64,000 nucleotides of DNA from Marsupella aquatica (lineage: Eukaryota > Plantae > Marchantiophyta). The stretch lies in assembly GCA_973895155.1 (NCBI GenBank), contig OZ316896.1, positions 13,755,442 to 13,819,441 of the forward strand. The letters are read 5' to 3'. Of the stretch, positions 12,643 through 24,639 are shown in pieces. The position numbers and the translations under genes are program-made. The notes beneath the pieces are model-generated. The model ran no database searches. It was not told the DNA's origin and was given only the letters and a program-made list of their open reading frames with translations. Position 1 is the first letter of the stretch. Each line of letters opens with the position of its first letter.

Positions 12643-13222
12643 ATGCTACTTTGCAGGTTTTGCAGTTGTAGTGCAAGTAGAGTTATGTAACAATGTGTGA
12701 CTATTTGTATATGGATTACTCATTCCTGTTTGGCTACGGCTTAGTTCTAGTTAACCCTTAGTTAACCCTTGTGGTTTTTAGGGGGAGACCTGGTTTGGTA
12801 ATTGTCTAGAACTTCCAACTGAGGATTCCATATGGTAGCATGTAGTCCAGTCCCCAAGACAAAAGTCAAGGGGGAGTTTGTTAGATATTGCTCTAGTCTT
12901 GTGACTCATGAGCTAACTATAGTTAGGCTAACTCGGGTTAGGACTTAGCTAATGTTAGCGGTAGTGCTGTTGTGTATATAGCCAAGGCTGATGCCAGACC
13001 CTGGTGGAACTTAGGCTCATTGTTACGGAGCTAGTTGAGAGATAAGGAGAGCTTGTGCTGTGGATGCTTGGTATGGCCGTTTGGCCTAGAGTGCAGTAAA
13101 GCTCTTGTGTGTTCCCGTGGACGTAGCCTCATGTGGAGGTGAACCACGTATCTCTCTGTGTCGACTATTGTGCGTTGGATGGTTCATGGGCTTGCCGTTG
13201 CGAATGTCGTCTATGCTCAACA
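12643..13222 (+). mobile_element. 3' end of a Ty1/copia-type LTR retrotransposon: internal tail, PPT (~12866-12878), 3' LTR 12879-13222
   Basis: tcaagggggagtt is followed directly by TGTTAG...CTCAACA (344 bp). The LTR has a TATA-like gtgtatatag and the copia LTR motif gtggacgtagcc...ggtgaaccacgta. Confidence 0.8.
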
Positions 13223-14743
13223 ATAATTACATTTCTACAAAAACAACAACTCAGCCAAAATGACAAGATTTATGAACCTACAACTATGATGAACCAGCAT
13301 ATTTTTTAATGATTTTACTTTTTTGCCAAAGTGGTGAATGTATGGTGTGTGAAGAAGAAGATGCTCAAAAGATTCCATATTCAATTAATTTCCTGACCGT
13401 CAGATCTCCAAGGATTTAAGGTTGACCGTTAGATTCTGGCTAATGGGGCCTGTGATTAGGTGTAACATTGGCAAATGAGACAGAGAAATAGTAGCGAATT
13501 TCAGCCAAAAGTGGTGAAAGATTTTTGGAGAGGTGAAATTTGGCAAATTTTTGCCACTAAAAAAAAACCTGTGATGAACAGCCCTGCGGTTTTTTTCCGT
13601 GATAGTCTTACAAAATTTGATGTTTGCCATGCCAAGAAAGGCCTGGAAAGCAAAACAGTATAGGGAGGGAGCCACCTGGATGGGAAACAGGGAGTGAGAG
13701 GCTCAATCCTGGCCCCTTGCATGTGAATATGATAAATCTCTATTGAAATGAATAACTAAGACTTCATCAAGCATATTGTCTTCACTTTTCAATGCTGACA
13801 ATGCCCTTCTTTCATGTCTTTAACACAATGAAACTATAAAATAATGCAATATTAACCTTTCCTGTGGAATCACCTCTTTCACACAAAACCTTTTTTTGCA
13901 TAATGCCACCTTTTCCTCCACCGTATGTTTTTCACAATATCATTACAACAATATCTTTTCCGGAGCATCCATCCTTAACACAAGAATACCTTTTGCACTA
14001 GGACAACTTATGTGCAACGTAGAGGCATTGAGCTATAATAAATATGTAATGTCCCAGTGAAGCATCGTGGGCCATTGTGGCAAGAACAAGGGCTTTAGCT
14101 CAAGTTATGAGGGGCTACGATTGCCCATAATGCCTTTGTAACCATGTTTTAGTACACTTAAGAGATTTTTGTTCGTTTTTGTAAAAGCAGGGAAGAAGTT
14201 TCATAATGCCTCATCAAAATATGGAGTGTGCATTCCACTGCACCCGCCACTGCACCTAAAATTACAGTTAGAAAAAACCTGAAGGGTATTCGTTGTATTT
14301 ATTAACATTGCCATGGCAATAACTAAAGCATTGTGGGCCAAAATGCCCAAAACAATGAAAGCTATAGCCCAAGTTTTGATGGGCTATTATTCCCTCAATG
14401 AAACTTTTAGTAAATTGAGTGCTTCACAGTTTACTCATTGAGCACCTCAAGTACTTTGTTCAATGGTCAGAATCCAAAGTAATGAATTAAATTCCTTGAA
14501 AATATTTTTATGTTTATAATAACCTCAAAAGCCTTGCCAATTAAAGGGGGAAAGCAAAAAGCACAAAGACTTATGAACCTAGGGAACAACTCCAACCAAA
14601 AAAGCTAGGGGAATCCTAAAGCCCAAATATGCTCACAAAGAATTTGAAATTTTTCTATACAGTTCCTTGATATTTTGGCCTGGGCATGCACTATTGTCTA
14701 ATAGACAGGGGTCTACATTTATAAAAAGTTGGCTATAATAAAA

Positions 14744-15288
14744 AACAAATTACTAACCTATCCCCCAAACTGACCCTAATTATCAACCTGTCCCCCAAAC
14801 TATTTTAATTCCTAAGTTGACCCCCTTTTTGTACATGGGTTAACTTTAACTCATGTACTTAACCCAAGGTCATTCCCTATTGGCTCGGGAGCATTTTTTT
14901 AAACCAGAGTATGTTGGGAAGGAAACAGGGGCACACTGGGAAGGAAGGGATCATGGCCCTGTTGTTGTGCCTGCCTTTGTGGGTTCGTTGGGGCCAGGAG
15001 GAAGCCAGGGTCGTGGCTGCCCTATTGCAACACCAGAGAGCCGGCCTGGTATCCCTTAATCCTCATGATGGGAAGGAGTCAGCCCGGGTTAGGGTAGAAC
15101 AAGCTGGGGTTTGGCACGGCCAATAGGGCCTTGCCATGTGTCATGCGACCAATAGGAAATGACCTCAGGTTAAGTACATGAGTTAAAGTTAACTCATATA
15201 TGGAAAGGGGGTCAACTTAGGAATTAAAATAGTTTGGGAGCAGGTTGGTAATTATGGTCAGTTTGGGGGATAGGTTAGTAAAAAACTG
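14744..15288. mobile_element. Mutator-like (MULE) non-autonomous foldback element
   Basis: ~135-bp inverted repeats (tactaacctatcccccaaactgacc...cattccctattgg / ccaataggaaatgacc...gtttgggggataggttagta). Flanked by the 9-bp direct repeat ataataaaa at 14735-14743 and 15289-15297. Confidence 0.85.
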
Positions 15289-16579
15289 ATAATAAAAATT
15301 TAAACTTGAAAAGAGTTGGGTGCACTTTTAAAATTTTATGAGTCATATATAAAGTTTTGTTTCCTTCTTTTTCCACATAAGATTAAAAAAACATTTCTAA
15401 ACTTGGACATTGATACTTTGCAAAATGACTATAGCAGCTTTGGAAATGTTGTTAGTAAGAGTGGAATCTTGCTTTTGATAGAGCAATGCTTCCTTTAGCC
15501 TTGAAGCACATGAAGGGAGCTAAAGGGAATTTTCATTTTCATGAACATTGTTGATGAATTCTATTTTTTAAGATTGTGTTGCTCTTGTTACAAAGTGCAC
15601 TTCGAGTAATTTTTTTGCTGCAGAGCTATCACAAAATAATGCCGTTTTGCATACAAGGCGCTGCTCTTGTTACATGGAGGGCTTCCAGTACTTTGCCGCG
15701 TGGAGCTTCGTGAAATTTCTAATGTGCATCTTCAGTCTATTCCATCCACATTCTCAATTTGACTTTAGGTGCACATAATGTTCTTACCTTGATAAAAATG
15801 TGCATGATGATGTGTAAATGGTCTCTTCTCTATCACAATCCATGGAGATAGCTAGAGACAACATAGCAGTCCATCTCAGTGGGCTTTAGTTTCCATTGTT
15901 CAACATTGAATATTCTCCAATAAGATGACTTGAAATCTCTATTTCTAATGTTTCTACTAAAAAACGGGTGATCTATTCGATCTGGCCTACTAAAATGTCA
16001 ACGTTAAAAAAAAACTGAAAATTGAAAAACAGTCAACTGGTTGGGTTTTTTTTGTCTTTGTCATTGTATCTTTGTAAATTTCTTTTTGTTATCATGTAGC
16101 GGTGATTTATTGTAAATAAGTATTTGTATTAAATGAGTATTTATATGCAAACTTGTGGTTTAAGTTATTCGTTTCTCTTTTGAGGAGATGGTCGTCAACT
16201 ACAATTGGGACAATGGAGGGTGGACAACTAACTAAGCATCACTTGAGGGGTCCTTTTCGTTTGGTACTACAGAATCATTTCCTGATGCATGCAAGTTTGG
16301 GACAGTAGTATGATTTTTCGCTTTTCTCAATGGACAAACTTTTATTGCTCCTAAACTATAATACAAGGTTGCGCCATTTTATAGAGTGGTCATCTTTCAA
16401 ATTTGCAGTGTACTTTAAATGACAAACATAAAAACATGTAAACAAAGATAAGGAATAAAGCAAAAAGAACATTTAATTTAGTGTGAATGAAAATGAAGTT
16501 CACGGTTTCCAAGCAAGAAGAGATCACACAAGACAAAGAAAATGAGGAGGTGACTCTATCAATGCACTAGGGTCAAGTA

Positions 16580-16752
16580 CACTGTTTACCGTAATTAGTG
16601 TCATAACTTATATAGTCTCCCTGCATAAATAGTATCACACACACTAATCAGGGTGTGACTACAAATCTGAAAAAATATAAATATTAGTACAAGTAGAGAG
16701 TTCAGTCTATTGTCCCAAATACTGTGTGTGAGATTAATTACGGTAATCAGTG
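16580..16752. mobile_element. Tc1/mariner-type MITE
   Basis: TIRs cactgtttaccgtaatta / taattacggtaatcagtg, with a TA target-site duplication on both sides. Confidence 0.75.
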
Positions 16753-17049
16753 TAGACTTCCTTTTACAAACTCAATAAAAAATGTGAATTAATAGTAACC
16801 CTTTATTAAAAATTTATTCTCCTGACATAGTCTTCTCAGATCCATCCATACCCCTTTAAATCTCAATTGCCTCCTGCCCAAACCTGACCAAGATGAAAAT
16901 TTAATTAAAATTTAATTAATTACTAAAATTGGAATTTAAAAAATTGGATATTAATTTTAAATTTTTGGAAAAACTTGAATATAAATATTTTCTATTTATA
17001 TTTATTTATTTCTGAATCAATGTTTAAAACAAAAAAATTATGTATCCCT

Positions 17050-17878
17050 ATCACTTGGTTGTGCTTGGACCTGCAAGCACTCGATGTTATCTCACGTCTC
17101 CAATTTCTATGTGCAACGCACGGTTTATTGAACATCACCACAACTTTACCTTACCTTGATACCTTTACTCATCTTGCTATTTTTTCTCACATTGACATCG
17201 TTATCTCATCACAACCATTTTTTCTCACCCTCAACATTTTTTCTCTCCTCGACATCTTTTACTCATCTTTACATCTTTTTTTCACCTCACCATCTTTTCT
17301 GACCTCAACCTCTTACCTTTTTCTCACCTTGACATATATATGCATCTCACCGCAACATCTTTCCCTCACCTCAACATTGTTTTCTCTCCCTCACAACTTT
17401 TTCTCATCTTTAAATCTTTTCCTTGCCTTGACATCTCTTTCTCTCATGAATTTCTTTTCACATTGACTTCTTTTCCTCACCTCGACATCTGTTTCTCTCA
17501 TTCACATCTCTTTCACCTTGACATCTTTTTGTCACCTCAACATCTTTTCTGCAACACACGGGCATTGGGCTGTATAGAATAAAACAATTCCCAAAACTTG
17601 AGATGTAACCCTCATTTTCTCAGAGAAAAGGCAGCCAAGCCATTTCGTTGCCCCAAGGGGTCTTGGCATTGGGGCGACCAAAGCCAAGACAGTAAGCTTC
17701 ATGACATCTTGGGCAACACAACATCTTTTTTCTCCCTGACATCTTGGGTGACACAACATGTTTTTTTCTTCATGACATCTTTTCTCTTCACGACATCTTG
17801 GGCGACATAACATCTTTTTTCTTCACAACATCTTGGGCAACACGACATCTTTTGTGCAACGCACGGGTATTGAGCTTG
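17050..17878 (+). mobile_element. Degenerate Helitron-like repeat region with several 3'-end-like motifs
   Basis: Pyrimidine-rich gacatc...ttctc minisatellite punctuated by (t)tgtgcaacgcacggg-type motifs at ~17109, ~17549 and 17852-17878. These resemble the plant Helitron 3' end ccgtgcaacgcacggg..CTAG with CpG decay. Confidence 0.5.
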
Positions 17879-17880
17879 TA

Positions 17881-18243
17881 TATATATTACTTTGTTTGGC
17901 CCTTTGTATGTAATATACATTCCATTAGCCTAGAGAGGCATGGCTGTGTGGTAGCTCACTTGAATAGTGACTCATAGGTCCTGGGTTCAAAAGTTATGAC
18001 TGACTGATCCCTTTCTATGCGGTTTTGATGGGGGCTTTGATCATAGATTTCGCCTTATATATATAATATTACTTTGTTTGGCCCTTTTGTATGTAATATA
18101 TATTTCGTTAGCCTAGAGAGGCATGGCTGTGTGGTAGCTCACTTGAATAGTGACTCATAATTAGGTCCTGGGTTCAAAAGTTGTGAGTGACTGATCCCTT
18201 TCTATGGGGTTTTGATGGGGGTTTCGATCATAGATTTCCCCTT
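17881..18243 (+). repeat. Tandem duplication (~180 bp x2) containing a tRNA-like SINE head
   Basis: Two near-identical copies. Each has an A-box-like tggctgtgtgg (17941-17951) and a B-box-like ggttcaaaagt (17984-17994) with tRNA-like spacing. Confidence 0.6.
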
Positions 18244-18399
18244 AAAACTGTATATATTCCTTTGATTTTTATTGATGTTGTGCAAGATTGAGTTGTTGTG
18301 TGAATTTACATTTTTCAAGTTTTACAATATCTCCAGGTATGCCAAAGTATAATCAGCCCGGGAATCAGTATCTACAAGGCATTACGCATCACACCTCCA

Positions 18400-19700
18400 C
18401 AAGAGAGTATACCACTCTTTCTTCTGCAGAAGGTACCACGTAGGGTGACCCTTTGGGCGGGCCTCTTTTTGCTATTGCCCATTTTACAGCCCTCCGGGTA
18501 GCCTCTTCTACCCACCCCTAGTGAATTTTCCCCTCATTTTCCAATGACATCCCCATTATTGGTCCCTCCACTGAGGTTGCCTCTACCCTCACCACCCTTT
18601 CTGACCAGTTGATGGCCTTTGGTTTACGGGTTCAGCCTGTGACAAGTTGTGCTTGGAGTCCGGTGGGGTTAATTAGCCTCCAATTTGATGCTTCCCCCCA
18701 GGTTCTTATGTCCAGCTAGAGGTGGTCAGGTCCTTGGCTCTCTTATTGGTACTCCTACCTTTTGCTCATGTTTTATTGTGATTGCTCTACAGGCTGGTTT
18801 AGCCCCGGCCAGCTCCTTTTCTCCCTAGGTTCACGGATACTCAAGCAACATTTGGGATGTTGTTGAGATGCCTCCACCCCAGGGCATCTTATCTTGCTAG
18901 GATGCATGCCCATAACGAGGACCTTCGTCTACACCTACATACTTTTGATGTTTCTATTCGAGAGACTTTTGCCACCCTATTAGGTCCTGGTTCTTTGCTT
19001 TCATCTCCGTGGCTTCACCAATAGCTCACATTCCTCTTTGCTCGCCTATTTCTCAAGGTGGTTTTGGACTTACTTCGATTGAGAGCATTGCACCCTTGGC
19101 ATTTTTGGGTTTGTGGGTGGCCTGGCCTGGTTCTCTTTGTTGGCCAATCGCTTCCTTTCTGGGGATTGTCCTTTTTGGCTTTCATCTATTATGGAGGTTG
19201 AGGAGGGTTCCCTCCTATTTCATGCAGGTTCATTGGCCAGATGCCCGGTACGGTCCTCACTCCCAGATCTTGTACGCGATGCGTTACCTTTTTTCAAGGA
19301 GTTTTACCCTTGGACCCTCTCCCGGACCCTCTCCGTCTTCAGGCTGACCTTGTTGAGCCTATGCACACTTTCACCCTCTCTAGCATCCTTGTCGAGGCAC
19401 CAGAAAGGGACCAAGCTTCAGTGGATTCTTTCTTCCAAAGGGAAAGGTGTTGGAGGGTGGCTTCAAGCCAATCTGGCCATCCCTCATCTACGGATGTCTT
19501 CAGAGGAATTTTCCACCGCCATTCAACTTTGTCTAGAGCTACCTCACCCTCTTCTTGTTAACTAGTCTACCCACTTCATGATGCACATGTGGGAAACCTT
19601 GCGATGCCACAAGGGTCCATCTTCTTTGCGATGCAATTTGGGAGGCAAAACCATAGTGTTCATGATGCTCTGAGAGATGTTAATCTTAGGTTCTCTTTGG
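18400..19700 (+). pseudogene. Degenerate CRE-clade-like non-LTR retrotransposon fragment (RT, thumb, zinc knuckle)
   Basis: Broken frames give GTT*GDPLGGPLFAIA, SFSNDIPIIG (decayed YADD), GGQVLGSLIGTPTF, DTQATFGMLLRCLHPRASYLAR, PISQGGFGLTS..APLAFL, GGWLQA..PHLRMSSEEFSTAIQLCLELP and CTCGKPCD...H. The order and style match CRE/SLACS-type elements. Confidence 0.8.
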
Positions 19701-19950
19701 GTCTTTGGAGATTCTCCTGTAAGGGTTATGAACACAATCAAAATCAAACACAGATCTATATATAGTGAAACATTTTTTTATATATTGTCATTGAACTCTT
19801 ATAGATTAATATATAGACTTTTGAGTGATTGACAACTCTTAAAATTCTTACCTGGCCTGGGTTTGGCCTAGGCTTTTCATTCTTCTAAAACTTATCCAAA
19901 AAAATAAATTCCAACTTAATATGTAAGTTCTCCATTTTGATTGGCATGAT

Positions 19951-20280
19951 TGTTGGGATGATTGACATGTCTAGTGGTCATTTTTGTTGGGGAAAACCAG
20001 TGACAACACAACGGGCAAAACACACACATGAGAGAAGCATTTGACAATTGGATACACAACATACAAGATAAGTGGGTCACCCTTGTCAAGGCTATATCCA
20101 TAGAATGCTAAAGATTTACTGAGCTAAGTTGGCAACCATAGCCACACCAAGCCTCCAAGTACAAGCTTGATCGATCCAAGAATGCCCCGAAGAATGCTCC
20201 ACCTAGCACCTACTTAGCTTGCTCCCTCGACAATGAGCATGAGTCTTCATGATTGAGGAGCACCTCTAAGCTCCCCTACA
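19951..20280 (-). mobile_element. Degenerate copia-type LTR fragment
   Basis: Minus strand reads atggatatagccttgacaagggtgacccac, a variant of the gtggatgtagcc..ggtgaaccac LTR motif, and ends ...cccaaca at 19951. Confidence 0.45.
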
Positions 20281-20328
20281 TGCTAGGTACAATAGTTGTT
20301 GCTAATCATCATTAAGTCCCTAATGGTG

Positions 20329-21481
20329 TGTTGAGCATAGACAACATTCATAATGGTAAGCACATGACACATCCAATGCACAAGTGATCAATGCAAGAGA
20401 TACATGGTTCACCTCATCGAGTCTACAACATCCACAAGAACAAACAAGAGAGATTTTATTATTGATCTCTAAGCCCATCGACTATACCAAGTCTCCATGC
20501 AGTGTAAGCTCTCCTTATCTCTTGAGCAAGTGGCTTCGTAACAATGAGCCTTAGTTAGTTCCACTTATCCTAGCATTGCTTAGGCTATAGTGTGCAACTT
20601 AAAGATCCAAGAAATACATGTACCAATTTTGAATTTGGTAAAGAGGATGAAGGAGCCGTTGTCATTATGTGTGAATTCAGAAATATCATAGACAATCGCC
20701 ATAGAGTCTATGATACTTGAATCTGTTTGGTATCATTTCAGATTAGTGTGTATGCCAGTATAGAAAAATGCTTTGTGACCTATCGTGCTGCTCTATGATG
20801 TTTGAATTTGTCATTTCATATAAGTGTACATGGTATAGAAGAAGACTTTTATGAAACTCTATGTGTTCTAATGTTAACATGGTGAATGGTGAGTTTAGAG
20901 TGAGTATACACAAAAGAACATGAATGGAATGTGTTATTTGTGCACAAGCGTGAGGTCATTCCAAGTAGTATAGCGGGGTCTTGATCACTCATTTCAAGTT
21001 GACATGAAAGACTTATACATACACCACAAAGTATCTCCGTTAGTAGTTTTATAAACCCACAAAGTATTCTTAAAGACTACCCACCACAACCTTTTTAGTC
21101 CTTCCCAATGACTCACCACCACAGCCCATAAAAGACTGAAAATGACTCAGTCACCAAAGCTACCCATACAAAGACTACAATAGACTGAAAATCCAGTCTA
21201 TTAAACGACAGATCATGCAGTTCTATTTAAAGGACTCAGTGGATTCTAGTAAGAAAACATACAACTCACAGTCCTATAAAGGACTGTAGTCCCGCCCAGT
21301 CGTTTGCAAGTCCTAAACGGTGCTGAATAGTCGTTTAATAGGGTCTAAATACAGCCTGGTTTCTACTAGTGACATAACCACACATATCCAACTACGGTAC
21401 TAAGCTTTATACCTAACATACCTAACATGCTGATTAGCCTAAGAGCTCAGGTGAACCAATACTTAAGAGTTAACCTTAACA
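20329..21481 (-). mobile_element. Copia-type LTR related to 12879-13222, split by a CACTA fragment
   Basis: 20329-20600 reverse-complements to ggctcattgttacg...gagataaggagagctt...ggtgaaccatgtatc...gtctatgctcaaca, matching the 12879 LTR. 21372-21481 reverse-complements to a TGTTAAG... LTR 5' part. Confidence 0.7.
20610..21371 (+). mobile_element. Truncated CACTA element 'C' (right end only)
   Basis: 21351-21371 reverse-complements to CACTAGTAGAAACCAGGCTGT, preceded by aaagact/agtc subterminal motifs at 21000-21350. Confidence 0.75.
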
Positions 21482-21729
21482 ATTTTGTCCATTTGGTGGA
21501 TACTAAGGTAGTGATCAACCCGAAAACCAAGTCAGATATTTAAAAAATTCAGAGTCTCTATAGATGCACTTTCAATGCACATATCTAACAGATCTATAGA
21601 TTATTGACATCAAATTTTTGAACATGGATTTCCTTTGTGGGACTGCCTAGCCTCATTTCATTCAAAGAGGATCCCAAGATTGAGGGGTACAAAAGGGAAA
21701 GAAAAAGGACTGGGCTACATGAGGACAAC

Positions 21730-22600
21730 TAAGGGGTGTCGGTTCTAAATGCAACATGCACCGTGAGAGTCCAAATATGTGAGAGGTGCTGAGCTAAGCC
21801 TATTTGTAAACCCAAAAATGAATGTTTATTTGCCATATCATTCTTTGTTCTCAGCTTAATGAGTTGGTTTACTATGGGGTTAGTTGAAGTAACGTCCAAT
21901 ATTGTGGTGCTTCCATGTTGTTAGGTTCCTTCCTGAATCTTCACATTCCCTGAAGGACCTATAGGCTCTGCTGAATCTAGGTCTCCAACAAGTAAGGGCA
22001 TGCCTTCCAATCCTTTTTTAAGACACATATGGCATTTATTGTGGCGCTTCATATATTGTTGCTTTGTCTACTATAATTTGTGCTGCATTTCTTTAGGTGA
22101 GCCTATAAGGTGCAAGCTAGCTAGTACTAAGCGGGGTACTAAGGAGGTAAAGATTGTGGCAGGGCATTTGTGTTTTGCTGAATGTACAAACTGGTCAGGG
22201 GCTGGGTCAGGGGCAACATACATGTACATCATGTGTTTGGGGTGAGCACAAGGGGTACTGCTTTAAAAATGCAATATGCACCATGAGAGCCCGGATATCT
22301 GAGAGGTACAGACTTACCTAAGCTTATTTTTCTAACCAAGGATATTTATTTGTTATTTAATTGCACATACTTATGAAAATTTTGTTACCCTGGGGTTAGT
22401 TTTTTGACTAACCCCCAATATTAATGTGGTCTTTCAATCCAGGTTCCGTCCTCAATCTTCATATTTCTGAAGGACCTATATAGGCACAGCTGAGTCAGAG
22501 TCTTCAAAGGGTAAGGGTATTCCCAATATTTTTTGAGAATAATAGTGTATGCATGTGGGTGGTATCTTGCATGGATTACTACAATAATTTCCCACAAACT
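21730..22600. repeat. Diverged ~520-bp tandem duplication of unknown origin
   Basis: Blocks aaatgcaacatgcaccgtgagag / aaatgcaatatgcaccatgagag and tggggttagtt...aatcttca..tgaaggacctata..gtaaggg recur ~520 bp apart. Confidence 0.7.
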
Positions 22601-22849
22601 ATGGTGCCAACCTTTGGAACTCAAGGCATTTGGAGAGGATGACCTGAAAAAATTGGCCTAGCTATTTGAAACACATGATTGGCATTGCTTGTTGCAGCCC
22701 ATACTCCCGAGCTTCAACATACAATCTGGTCACATGTGGGGATGTTGAGATGGATATGTGGTAAGATTGTGCAGGAGCTAGGAAGAGATCTCACAGAAGG
22801 AGACCTTTGGCGTTGAGGTTCTGTGTCACTTGGAAAGAGCACTTGGAAA

Positions 22850-23095
22850 GAGCAAGGAAAGGAAAACATGTAGAGGAGACAAAACAATGTCCAAACTATG
22901 AACTATAGATGTTGAGGAGAGAAATGATATTGAGGTGAGCAAAAGATGTCAAGGAAAGGAAACATGTCAAGGAGAGAAAAAAGTCCAAGTGAGAAATATA
23001 TGTCAAGGTGAGAAAAATATGTCACGGAGAGAGAAGACGCCAAGATGAGAAAAACTGAGAGAAAAACATGTCAAGATGAGACAAAGACTTCAAGG
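22850..23095 (-). repeat. gagaaaa(a)atgtcaag minisatellite; inverted-orientation relative of 17050-17560
   Basis: Reverse complement gives cttgacat...tttctc units like those at 17200-17560. Confidence 0.6.
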
Positions 23096-24639
23096 CCGTG
23101 AAAGAAGATTTCATGGGCGGGGTCATGGGAAGCAAAGATGGTGAAGATAAGATATATAGGAAATGCAAATATGAGTACATGTTGACAAGATTGTTATCAC
23201 ACTCATACATGCAAACTTTATTCATGTTCAATAACGAACAATCCTCATCATATACAACATTTTTGGTCAACCTTGAATTCATGACCCTCCTTGAAATCCA
23301 GATTGAAGTAAAAATTTAATATATAATACTTGTAGGAGATGTTGTTCTTGAGAATTCTAGGCACAGCTGACCCAAAAACATAGGTTTTGAAACCTGCAAC
23401 CCTATATATTCTAAAATTTGACCTTAGTTCCCGCCTTAGTTGAGCCTTATTTAATTATGGTCATTGCACAGAAGATGTTCAAGATGAGAATTGCATCCTA
23501 CGTGTCATTGCCCTCTTGCGGTCCTTGCAGCCATGCAGTGGTTGTGACCAAGATGTCATGACAACCATGCAGTCAATGCTAGACGTGTGTTACATGATTG
23601 TTGTTGGGAGCATGTTTTTGTGACAGCCATGTCCACGGCCATTGTAACCATGTTGTTGTTGCCAAAGTGATGGGGGTGAGCACAACACAGGCTATAGCAA
23701 CGGGGCAGGCGTGGTAAGTTGCAGGGTGCGTAAGACTTCTTTCCCCTCCCTTGTGGCCTCCCATCCCATCCTGTCCCATCCTGTCCCCTCCCTCTCTTTT
23801 CTCTCCTCCGTCCCACGCCCACCCTCCCTCGTGTTATCATTGCAAACAATGTGTCAATCATTGAAAAAGTGTTGTCGCTATAGAAATCCATGCAATCAAA
23901 CAATGCAGAAGTTAACAAAGAAATAGGGGATGGAAGACACAAAAGGGTAGAGAGTCAGAGTAACTAGAGCAAGCCAGGGTTAGGCAAGCGCGGGGGCAAG
24001 CACTAAGGTGAGAGCTAGGACGAGATGAATATAGACACATGGCAAGTCAAGTAGTGTACGTGTTCACTTAGGCAACTGAGAAACCAAAGTAACCTCCCTA
24101 ATGGCTTCTCCAGGGTCCTCCCATAACGCGAAGAAGTTATGGGTTCTTTAATTCAATTGTGCATAAGACTTTAAAAGTTTTATTGAAGAAATATATGGGT
24201 GTTTTAATCCAATTTTGAGAATTATACAAATATAAGGGTTTTTAATACCAAATGTGAGAATATTCCTAGAATATTCAATAAAGTTAGTGGTTAGAAGATG
24301 GACTTTCACTTATAACTGATGAGATTATTTATCTCCCAAGCTAATTGATCTACTGATAACTTGAAATCTTTGGACCAGACCTGGCCAAGCTAATTGATCT
24401 ACTCATAACTTCTGGAACTGCTGGACAAAAAATTACTATCTTGAATGCAAAGCAAAGGGTTCTTGGACCTTTTCCCAATAGTACCAATATGAAGGCCTAA
24501 TGGTAATGAAACAAGAAAGATATGGATGCGCATTCAAATACTAACTACTTTTGTTGTGTTGAAAGGCTGAAGACACTGTTTTTTGCACGCTCAGGAAGTA
24601 TGTTCACCAACCAAGTTAATGAGTCTGATATGAACACAT

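Noticed and set aside
16975-17977. Hydrophobic F/L/S-rich ORFs
   Set aside because: Translations of a pyrimidine-rich minisatellite; no protein motifs.
17930-18010. Functional tRNA gene
   Set aside because: A/B boxes are present, but no convincing acceptor stem or cloverleaf; treated as SINE-like.
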